From: Thermodesulfobacteriota bacterium
GTDB taxonomy: Bacteria > Desulfobacterota > WTBG01 > JAGOGO01
Length of the DNA: 32,000 bases
NCBI GenBank assembly: GCA_026625185.1
Contig: CP113000.1
Location: 1,725,622 to 1,757,621, forward strand
Direction of reading: 5' to 3'
Positions 17,924-24,987 of the stretch are shown here, piece by piece (the first letter of the stretch is position 1; each line of letters begins with the position of its first letter). Made by a program: the position numbers and the translations under genes. Under the pieces are notes generated by a model. That model saw nothing but the letters and a program-made list of their open reading frames with translations. It was not told the DNA's origin and did not search any database.

Positions 17924-19813
17924 TCATTTTTTCAGCGGCAAAATCTCCCGCTTTAACATCACCCATTCCCCGGTCTTTGGAATCCATCTGCAATTGGCGA
18001 ACACCTGCCAGTTCTTCTGGTCGATATCCGGGTAATCAGCCCGATAATAGTAACCCGGCCATCTGGTTTCTTCGCGAAACAAGACCGTCCGAATATGAGC
18101 TTCCGCTTGCCACATTCGGTGAACATTTTCCCAGCATCGCATCAGTTCATGAAGGTCCTCAGCAGCGAGTTTATCTGAGTCCTCTTTTAAGTATGCCAGA
18201 AGCTCCAAGCCTTTCTCCAGGAGAGGTTTATTGGTGTTGAAGTGCATGGTTACACCACCGGCATATTCGTCCATGATCTTCTGAAGTCGAAACATAAAGT
18301 CCTTTGGCTTAATATAGTTCGGATGAATGTTGGGATCGCTCGATTCTTCCCGGTTTTTCTTGAATGTGTCGAGAGGCTGGAGGATTTTCTTCTTAAGTTT
18401 CTCAACGTGAGCTTTATCCGCGTTGGGCTGGGTATTGTTTTCAACAATAAACCGAATAGCGGATTTAGCGGCAATTCTTCCTTCAGCGTGAGAGCCGGAA
18501 GAATATTTGTGGCTTGAAGCTCCGGAGGCATCTCCAGCGCAAAAAAGCCCTTTAACGGTGGACATGTTACAGTATCCCCAGTTGTATTCTGTTGGCGCAA
18601 CATCTTCAGGCCCGCTTACCCAGGCACCGGAACCGCCGGAATGGGAACCGATAAAATAAGGTTCGCAGGGATCAATTTCCGAAGGTTGCTTTTCGGGTTC
18701 AACGTTCGTGGCAGCCCAAAGTAGGGACTGGGTAATGGTCATATCGAGAAAGTCTTCCCAGGCTTCATTTTCCAGTTCTTTAAGTTTTTTTCTTGCTTCC
18801 TTTTCATCCGGCGAGGCGTCAGCTATGTTTTTGATTGCCTCGGCAGTTTGCATATAAAGAGGACCATTGCCGCCGAAGAGGTCGATCATCCATAAGTGAT
18901 TTCTAAGGCAGGTAGGGATGGGTTTAGTAGTTCCGTAGGGAGCATATTTTTCAAGCTCATCGATACGAGTCACCAAAGAGTCCTCTCCTAACGCATTGGT
19001 GGAATTTGATTTATACAACAAAAACCAGGCTCCCACCGGACCATGGCCATCTTTGAAACGCATCGGTATAAACCGCACTTCCTGACCGGTCATCTCAGCG
19101 CCCGCTTTAAGGGTAAAATACGCGCTGGATCCGGTGTTCCACGGGGCATACCAGGTGCGGCCAAACCCTTCGCCGGTAGATCGTGGTCGGAACACATGTG
19201 CCGCCCCGCCCATGGCGACTAATACGGCTTTTGCTTTGAATATATAAAATTTTTGGTCGCGGACGCTGAAACCGACGGCGCCGGCAATCCGGTCGCCATC
19301 CAGAAGGGGCTCAACAATAAAAACTCTTTCGAAAAGATGCTCCTCCAAGGGGCCGAGGCTTTTTAAGGCATTTTTTGCGGCTTCTGCAATGATTACTTTG
19401 TACGACTCTCCATTAATCATAATTTGCCATCGGCCTTCATGGACGTATTTGCCGTCTTCGTCCTTCCAGATGGGAAGTCCCCAGCGCTCAAAAAGATGAA
19501 CGGAAGAATCCACATGCCGGGCAATGTTTAATACCAAGTCTTCCCGGGTAATGCCCATCATGTCATTGCGGACGTAAGCCACGTAATCATCAGGGCTGTT
19601 AGACTCATCAGCCAGGCCGAGGTATAGATTCAAAGCCGAAAGACCCATTGCCACCGCACCGCTCCGGTCGGTGGCGGCCTTATCAACCATAACGACGTTG
19701 AGACCGTTTTTTTTGGCCCAGTAAGCTGCTTCCACCGCGGCGCCACAGGCGGACATTCCGCCGCCGATGATCAAAAGGTCTGTGATTACTTCGATTGTTT
19801 TAAAATCAGCCAT
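17924..19813 (-). CDS. aprA: Adenylylsulfate (APS) reductase alpha subunit, copy 1 (host-like codon usage, adjacent to qmoABC)
   Basis: 629 aa. Motifs present: LLIIGGGMSACGAAVEAAYWAK, GLSALN, GRTWYAPWNTGS, RFIPMRFKDGHGPVGAWFLLYK, EPYFIGSHSGGSGAW, HKYSSGSHAEGR, RWPGYYYRADYP. No SD upstream (TTATTAATAACTGCGAT-ATG). Confidence 0.9.
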   Translation of the reverse strand: MADFKTIEVITDLLIIGGGMSACGAAVEAAYWAKKNGLNVVMVDKAATDRSGAVAMGLSALNLYLGLADESNSPDDYVAYVRNDMMGITREDLVLNIARHVDSSVHLFERWGLPIWKDEDGKYVHEGRWQIMINGESYKVIIAEAAKNALKSLGPLEEHLFERVFIVEPLLDGDRIAGAVGFSVRDQKFYIFKAKAVLVAMGGAAHVFRPRSTGEGFGRTWYAPWNTGSSAYFTLKAGAEMTGQEVRFIPMRFKDGHGPVGAWFLLYKSNSTNALGEDSLVTRIDELEKYAPYGTTKPIPTCLRNHLWMIDLFGGNGPLYMQTAEAIKNIADASPDEKEARKKLKELENEAWEDFLDMTITQSLLWAATNVEPEKQPSEIDPCEPYFIGSHSGGSGAWVSGPEDVAPTEYNWGYCNMSTVKGLFCAGDASGASSHKYSSGSHAEGRIAAKSAIRFIVENNTQPNADKAHVEKLKKKILQPLDTFKKNREESSDPNIHPNYIKPKDFMFRLQKIMDEYAGGVTMHFNTNKPLLEKGLELLAYLKEDSDKLAAEDLHELMRCWENVHRMWQAEAHIRTVLFREETRWPGYYYRADYPDIDQKNWQVFANCRWIPKTGEWVMLKREILPLKK

Positions 19814-19851
19814 ATCGCAGTTATTAATAAGAGCAATAAAAGGTTTGCAAA

Positions 19852-20150
19852 TTATGCTGCAGCATAGCGAACATATTTTTGGGAAAAATATTTCTTGACC
19901 ACATGAGGCTGACGTTGACGGTTACGCAGGTAACCTCGTACATTTTTAACCAACTATTGCTGATCTTTGGCGCGACGTCTTCCCACAGCATTGCTCTTTA
20001 CATCCTGGTTAAGTAGCTCGTCAGGATTAAGTTCTGGGCAGTAGCTGGGCAAAAAGAATAAACGAATATGTTCCCTATGTTCGGTTAGTAATGAATTAAG
20101 AAACTGGGTATTGAATAAACGAAGAGGGATAATGTGCAATTTCCCCCTGC
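19852..20150 (-). mobile_element. IS630-family transposase remnant (3' third only, with an in-frame stop), filling the aprB1-aprA1 spacer
   Basis: The minus-strand translation reads ...HIRLFFLPSYCPELNPDELLNQDVKSNAVGRRRAKDQQ-TAG-LVKNVRGYLRNRQRQPHVVKKYFSQKYVRYAAA-stop. It carries the LPxYxPELNP DDE-region signature and the typical IS630 C-terminus. The in-frame TAG is at 19954-19956. No N-terminal two-thirds and no recognisable terminal repeats are present. Boundaries are approximate. Confidence 0.75.
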
Positions 20151-20152
20151 CT

Positions 20153-20593
20153 CTATTGTTTCGGCCTTGGAACCGAGCGTGTCAAAGACGCCGGTTCAGT
20201 CATCAGTTCTCCTGCGCTCAGATCCTCGGGGCCTTCCGGGAAACCTCCCAAAGGATCAGCGTAGCCTTCGGGCGTGGTCCGAATGAGAAACTTAAACCGT
20301 TTGGTCATTCGGTTGCGGAAGGTGATGGTCCACAAAATATTATCCGATCCCCGCAAGGGGATAACACTTGCTCCTAGCGGAATAAAGTCGGAATATCCTC
20401 GTACGTCAATTGCCTGTTGGGGACAGATTTTAACGCAGTTGTAACATTCCCAACACATCTGGGGATCCCGGTTGTAAGCCTTTAGGGTCGCCGGGTTGAT
20501 GGCCATGAGATCATTGGGGCAGATATATTGACAGGCGGCCTTATCTTGCCCCTTGCAGCCGTCGCATTTTTTCACGAGCACAAAACTTGGCAT
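20153..20593 (-). CDS. aprB: Adenylylsulfate (APS) reductase beta subunit, copy 1
   Basis: 146 aa. Motifs present: MPSFVLVKKCDGCKG..ACQYICPND, CWECYNCVKICPQQA, IPLRGSDNILWTITFRN..KRFKFLIRTTPEG. Eight of nine Arg codons are CGN. No SD upstream (AAGCTTAAGTTCAAAAT-ATG). Confidence 0.9.
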   Translation of the reverse strand: MPSFVLVKKCDGCKGQDKAACQYICPNDLMAINPATLKAYNRDPQMCWECYNCVKICPQQAIDVRGYSDFIPLGASVIPLRGSDNILWTITFRNRMTKRFKFLIRTTPEGYADPLGGFPEGPEDLSAGELMTEPASLTRSVPRPKQ

Positions 20594-20602
20594 ATTTTGA
20601 AC

Positions 20603-20716
20603 TTAAGCTTGTCATGGTTCGACAAGCTCACTATGACAAGTGACCCTGAGCACTTTGATTCCGTTCGTCCTGAGCTTGTCGAAGGACGAACGTCACTCAG
20701 CACAGTCTTGTCGAAT
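20603..20716. repeat. REP/MITE-like palindromic intergenic element (RPELVEGR / FDKLT type)
   Basis: Two perfect hairpins are present: AGCTTGTC-7nt-GACAAGCT (20606-20628) and CGTTCGTCC-13nt-GGACGAACG (20662-20692). Internal direct repeats also occur: GCTTGTC x2, CTTGTCGAA x2, CTGAGCAC/CTCAGCAC. Its translation (FDKLTMTS...VRPELVEGRTSLS) matches pseudo-proteins I recall from a widespread environmental repeat family. Confidence 0.6.
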
Positions 20717-20773
20717 GGTAACTATTTACTTATGTCGATCACTATAGAGACTAAAACATTGAATGTCTCACAA

Positions 20774-21595
20774 CTAAATAGCAGACCCAAAACCTTCCGC
20801 TTCATGTGAGTGCTCCCCTTTTTTATATTCACCCCTTACTTTCAACGTTTCTTCAAGCATCAGTATATATTTAAGGTATTTGAATCCGAACTTCATTAGC
20901 GCTGTCTCATCAGTCTTTATTTTTTCGACCTCCTCCTTATCAATCTCAAGGATATCGAGAAGTTTACTCTCAAAAACGAATTTTCTGAACTTATCTATAT
21001 CATAACTTGCCAGGTAAAGCATGGCCTGTTTGTTTGGGGTGAGTTTGGACTGCTCAGATGTGTTTCTCCTCAACTGGATCTCCTTCCACTCCCTATTCAT
21101 CTCATCATAAAGGTCAGCCCCCTGTTCAATCCTCCAACTCCCTATCGTCCACTCTCTGTCTCCCTGATAACCAAGACAATTCGGATCTTTTATAAAGAAG
21201 TAGAATTCTTCCTTTATTGGCCCTTTATCTGAGTCCACTATCATGATACCTTGACCGACTGGATAATAGCGACAGTTAGAGGGCCGATCTTCATAAATAC
21301 TGCAACCAGCAGGGGTAACAAAGGGACATTTTTCCTCATTATCATCCATCGTCTTAAGCACTGCATAAGGATGTGATGTTTCTTCATCAATATAGGTGTA
21401 GGTGTATTTTTCGAGGAAATCTCCTGAAGAGATTCCCAACCTATCTTTTATTCTTAGGATATCATAGGGGGTAAGAATTATACTTTTACGGCTACAACAT
21501 TTAGTAAAGCAACTGATATCATGATGGCATCTGAATTTGAATTCAGCATTCAGTGTGCGATTAATAGGATCTACAGTACTCATATCCATTAACAT
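20774..21595 (-). CDS. YkgJ/UPF0153-family cysteine-cluster protein (COG0727-like), paralogue 2
   Basis: 273 aa. Motifs present: FRCHHDISCFTKCC, LTPYDILRIK, CPFVTPAGCSIYEDRPSNCRYYP, NCLGY. It aligns along its full length with the upstream paralogue. An AAAGGGG SD lies 6 nt upstream. Confidence 0.8.
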   Translation of the reverse strand: MLMDMSTVDPINRTLNAEFKFRCHHDISCFTKCCSRKSIILTPYDILRIKDRLGISSGDFLEKYTYTYIDEETSHPYAVLKTMDDNEEKCPFVTPAGCSIYEDRPSNCRYYPVGQGIMIVDSDKGPIKEEFYFFIKDPNCLGYQGDREWTIGSWRIEQGADLYDEMNREWKEIQLRRNTSEQSKLTPNKQAMLYLASYDIDKFRKFVFESKLLDILEIDKEEVEKIKTDETALMKFGFKYLKYILMLEETLKVRGEYKKGEHSHEAEGFGSAI

Positions 21596-21638
21596 AGATT
21601 ACCCCTTTCTGGCTTAATCTTGATGGAGTCGTAAAAAG

Positions 21639-22412
21639 TCAAAATTTCCTCTTAGCTTGCAGAACCTTATCAAATACTTTATCTTTGAGTCTTAAAGTGT
21701 CTTCCCCGAAAAGATTGAATCTTACCCATCTATATCCAAAACTTAGGAGTTCTTCCCCGTCTTCTTTTACCCTTTCAATAATTTCCCTCTCCACATCATA
21801 GATGTCAAAAAACCTGGTTTCAAAAAGAAATTTCTTAAACTCATCGAGGTCATAACAGGCCGTATAAAGCAACTTCGACCTTCCTGGATCAAGTTTATTA
21901 GCCTTCAGGAAGTAATCATGATGGGTAATTTCTTTATAAGATTCATTCATTATATCATAGATCTCGATCCCCTGAGCCTTCTTCCACTCATCAATTGTCC
22001 ATTGTTTTTCCTCTTTAAATCCAAGACATGAGAGCTTTTTCCCCATCAAAAACTCTTCTTTCTCAGAGGAAGCCGGGAATAGAGGATACATCCGGCATGC
22101 CCAGGGCCGATCTTCGTAAATCTCACAACCGCAGGGAGTAACAAAAGGACACTGCTTGTTTTCATCTTCCCTCATCTTAAGCACCACTAAGGGTAACCCC
22201 TCATCTCCTAAGAGCGGAATGGTATAATCCTTTAAGAATTCCCCTGAAGACAATCCCATAGCCTTTTTCATTCTCAGGACATCATAAGGCGTGAGAAAGA
22301 TATTTACATCAGCACAGCAGACGTTAAAGCAGGAAAGCTCATTGTGGCATAAAAATTTGAATTCGCCCTCCGGAGAGAGCATCAGACGTTTTTCACCGTA
22401 CTCTTCATTCAT
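21639..22412 (-). CDS. YkgJ/UPF0153-family cysteine-cluster protein (COG0727-like), paralogue 1
   Basis: 257 aa. Motifs present: FLCHNELSCFNVCC, LTPYDVLRMK, CPFVTPCGCEIYEDRPWACRMYP, SCLGF. No clear SD. The start lies 27 nt after the terminator hairpin. Confidence 0.8.
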   Translation of the reverse strand: MNEEYGEKRLMLSPEGEFKFLCHNELSCFNVCCADVNIFLTPYDVLRMKKAMGLSSGEFLKDYTIPLLGDEGLPLVVLKMREDENKQCPFVTPCGCEIYEDRPWACRMYPLFPASSEKEEFLMGKKLSCLGFKEEKQWTIDEWKKAQGIEIYDIMNESYKEITHHDYFLKANKLDPGRSKLLYTACYDLDEFKKFLFETRFFDIYDVEREIIERVKEDGEELLSFGYRWVRFNLFGEDTLRLKDKVFDKVLQAKRKF

Positions 22413-22439
22413 AATTCATAGGCCATTTTCTCATTAAAA

Positions 22440-22469
22440 TTTGGGGGCGACGGTAAGGTCGCCCCCAAA
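22440..22469 (-). terminator. Rho-independent terminator/attenuator between aprA2 and the ykgJ-like genes
   Basis: Perfect 12-bp stem TTTGGGGGCGAC / GTCGCCCCCAAA with a 6-nt loop. On the minus strand it is followed immediately by TTTTAAT. It starts 12 nt after the aprA2 stop. Confidence 0.75.
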
Positions 22470-22481
22470 GATACATTTGCT

Positions 22482-24398
22482 TTAAATAATAGGAATCATT
22501 GGCCTTTTAAGTACGCTCCATTCCTTTTTATCCACATCGTACTTAACGTTGATAAATTGCTTCTCACCTTCATCCAGTTTGAGGTAATCGGTTTTATAGT
22601 AGTATCCAGGCCACCTTGACTCTTTCCTGGCAAGCCTTGTCCTTGCACATGCCTCACCAACATAGACCCTATGGACACTCTCCCATGCCCTCATTAACTC
22701 ATGAAGGTCTTTGGCAGCAAGCTTCTCTACATCTTCTGCGCAGAAACCCAACTTCCAGAGGGCGATTTCGAGCAGCTGGTCATTTGTTCCATACAATGTC
22801 TCCCAACCACCAACGTATTCTCCCATTATCTTCTGCAGCCTGAACAGGAAATTATGAGGGGAGATATAATTAGGATTCACATCGGGACTGGTTGTATAGT
22901 TGTTTTGTTCTTCATAGTAGGCAAGGGGTTTCAATATTGTTTCCTTAAGTTTCCCTATGGTAGCATCAGATATCGTCGGGGTATAGGCCTTCTTGTCATT
23001 GGCATACTTCAATGCTGACTTTGCTGCAATCCTTCCCTGTACGTGTGAACCGCTTGAGAACTTATGGGCGCATGCTCCCACCCCACACCCTGCGGTGAAC
23101 AAGCCGTTCACCGTGGTCATAAGATTGTACTGCTCTGGGAATGCATCAGCATATTCTTTTGGCATTAGATCTTCAGCGCCACAGGTCCAGGAACCGACAG
23201 AGCAGGCATGCGAACCAATGAAAACGGTATCCGACAACTGAAGTTCCATCGGTTTTTCCAATGGGTCAACATTATGAGCAGCCCAGTTTGTGGCGCCGGC
23301 GATGGTCATGTCGAGGAAGTCCTCCCACGCCTCACTCTCATACTCTCTTATCTTCTTTTTCAGTTCCTTTTGATCTGTTATCTCCTTCTTAAACCTATCT
23401 ACCACCCGGTTTGTGTGCATGAGATAGGGTGTTTTACCTTCTTTCGCGCAGAGTATCATCTCATAATTTCTTAAAGCAGTCGGACAGGGCTTCGCATTTG
23501 AATAAGGTGCCCACTTAGCTAACTCTTCTGGATAAGCACCAACGTATGGCCCATCGAGGCCATTTGTTGCCGGGGTCTTAAAGAGCAGAAAGAATGTGCC
23601 CACGGGACCATAGGAATCCTTGAACCTCGGAGGAACAAAGGTCACATCCATCTGTGTAAGCTCACCACCTGCCTGGAGTACAAGAGCATAGATTGATCCG
23701 CTAACAAAGGGCGGCATCCATGACCTTCCAAAACCTTCAGCCTGAGACCTTGGCCTGAATACATGGACCGCGCCACCCATCAGGGCGATAGTTGCTTTAG
23801 CCTTAAACACGTAGATTTTATCTTCCCTAACGCTAAAGCCGATTGCACCGCATACTCTGTTGGGTTCCTTTTCATCCTTGAGTAGATGGGTGATCATGAC
23901 CCTTTCAATGATCTGGCCTTTATCACCAAGAGTGGCCATAGCGTTCTTTGCCGCTTCTGCCACAACAATCTTATAACTCTCGCCGGAGATCATTACCTGC
24001 CATTCACCTGATTTTCGATAGTTTCCTGTCTCATCCTTCCATATCGGAAGACCCCATTTATCGAAGTGTTTGACGGTTGAGTCAACATGCCGTGCGACAT
24101 CATAGACAAGGTCCTGTCTTGTCAGACCACACTGGTCATTTGTCACATACTCAACAAACCTTTCCGGCATACGGGGATTCTCGGTTACCTTTCCGTCCAT
24201 TCCCATATAGGTATTGATGGCGGAAAGCCCCATGGCCACCGGGCCACTTCGGTCAATGGCAGCTTTGTCTACGAGTGTTACCTTTAAACCCAGCGGCTTT
24301 GCCCAGTAGGCGGCTTCCACCGCAGCACCACAGCCGGCCATTCCTCCACCGAGTATCAATACATCAGTCTCCACAACTTCGGTTGCAAACTCTCTCAT
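22482..24398 (-). CDS. aprA: Adenylylsulfate reductase alpha-subunit homologue, copy 2 (divergent, foreign codon usage)
   Basis: 638 aa. Motifs present: VLILGGGMAGCGAAVEAAYWAK, GLSAIN, GRSWMPPFVSGS, TFVPPRFKDSYGPVGTFFLLFK, VFIGSHACSVGSW, HKFSSGSHVQGR, RWPGYYYKTDY. AAGGAGA SD 7 nt upstream. Arg codons are mostly AGG/AGA and Lys codons mostly AAG. Confidence 0.85.
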   Translation of the reverse strand: MREFATEVVETDVLILGGGMAGCGAAVEAAYWAKPLGLKVTLVDKAAIDRSGPVAMGLSAINTYMGMDGKVTENPRMPERFVEYVTNDQCGLTRQDLVYDVARHVDSTVKHFDKWGLPIWKDETGNYRKSGEWQVMISGESYKIVVAEAAKNAMATLGDKGQIIERVMITHLLKDEKEPNRVCGAIGFSVREDKIYVFKAKATIALMGGAVHVFRPRSQAEGFGRSWMPPFVSGSIYALVLQAGGELTQMDVTFVPPRFKDSYGPVGTFFLLFKTPATNGLDGPYVGAYPEELAKWAPYSNAKPCPTALRNYEMILCAKEGKTPYLMHTNRVVDRFKKEITDQKELKKKIREYESEAWEDFLDMTIAGATNWAAHNVDPLEKPMELQLSDTVFIGSHACSVGSWTCGAEDLMPKEYADAFPEQYNLMTTVNGLFTAGCGVGACAHKFSSGSHVQGRIAAKSALKYANDKKAYTPTISDATIGKLKETILKPLAYYEEQNNYTTSPDVNPNYISPHNFLFRLQKIMGEYVGGWETLYGTNDQLLEIALWKLGFCAEDVEKLAAKDLHELMRAWESVHRVYVGEACARTRLARKESRWPGYYYKTDYLKLDEGEKQFINVKYDVDKKEWSVLKRPMIPII

Positions 24399-24418
24399 GG
24401 TTATTTCTCCTTTCCTTT

Positions 24419-24862
24419 TTATTTCTTTGTTGGAAGCTCTTTTACTCCCATTATGTCAGGCTCTCCGAGGAGTAACTGATTGGCCAAATCTGCTGCCTTT
24501 GCCTCGGGAAATCCCTCCAGCGCCTTTATTGAACCCTCTGCTGTAGTTCTTGTTGGATACTTAAACCTCTTAATTCTTCCATCCCTGAAGGTGATCGTCC
24601 ACATGATGTCCTCTGATCCTCTCAGTGGGGTTGAGGCAGCACCAAGGGGCATAAAGTCAGCATAACCCCTTACGTCCATAGCCTGCTGTGGACATATCTT
24701 TACGCAACAGTAACACTCCCAGCAATAGTTAGGTTCCTGGTTATAGGCTTTCATCTTAACTTTATCCAATACCATTAAATCATTGGGACATATATACTGG
24801 CATGCAGTTTTGTCCTGCCCCTTGCAGCCATCACATTTTTCCGTAATTACATAACTTGGCAT
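24419..24862 (-). CDS. aprB: Adenylylsulfate reductase beta-subunit homologue, copy 2
   Basis: 147 aa from the ATG at 24862 (MPSYVITEKCDGCKG, the canonical AprB N-terminus). The ORF-track GTG at 24874 lies inside the SD (GTGGAGGTAATT-ATG). Motifs present: ACQYICPND, CWECYCCVKICPQQA, PLRGSEDIMWTITFRD. All six Arg codons are AGA/AGG. Confidence 0.9.
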   Translation of the reverse strand: MPSYVITEKCDGCKGQDKTACQYICPNDLMVLDKVKMKAYNQEPNYCWECYCCVKICPQQAMDVRGYADFMPLGAASTPLRGSEDIMWTITFRDGRIKRFKYPTRTTAEGSIKALEGFPEAKAADLANQLLLGEPDIMGVKELPTKK

Positions 24863-24987
24863 AATTACCTCCACAAAAAAAAATTAACACTTCTTGTTTA
24901 CAAAAATTGTTTTCACTGAAACCTTGCGGTCTTACCACCTCCTTTCTGAGAAACTATCTTAAAAGCAAAAAAATTTCCTCTACGTTC

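Noticed and set aside
20603-20716. Short direct repeats in the aprB1 leader considered as a mini CRISPR array
   Set aside because: The repeats are 7-9 nt, irregularly spaced and palindromic, and no cas genes are in the window. A REP-like element explains them better.
20528-20809. 93-aa plus-strand ORF (…FDKLTMTSDPEHFDSVRPELVEGRTSLS…)
   Set aside because: It is the translation of the REP-like palindromic repeat plus antisense ends of the neighbouring genes. It has no SD and is a typical repeat-derived pseudo-ORF.
22482-24398. Idea that AprA copy 2 is a catalytically dead paralogue, because several conserved blocks differ (WMPPFVSGS, GSHACSVGSW)
   Set aside because: The motifs I associate with FAD binding and the active-site neighbourhood (GGGM.CGAA, LSAIN, RFKD..GPVG, GSH, SSGSH, RWPGYYY) are all retained, and the ORF is intact with strong translation signals. 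Divergent lineage is the safer reading, and residue-level claims need a structural alignment.
24863-24874. ORF-track start of aprB2 at the GTG at 24874 (MEVIMPSY...)
   Set aside because: The GTGGAGG is itself the Shine-Dalgarno for the ATG at 24862, which gives the canonical AprB N-terminus MPSYV.
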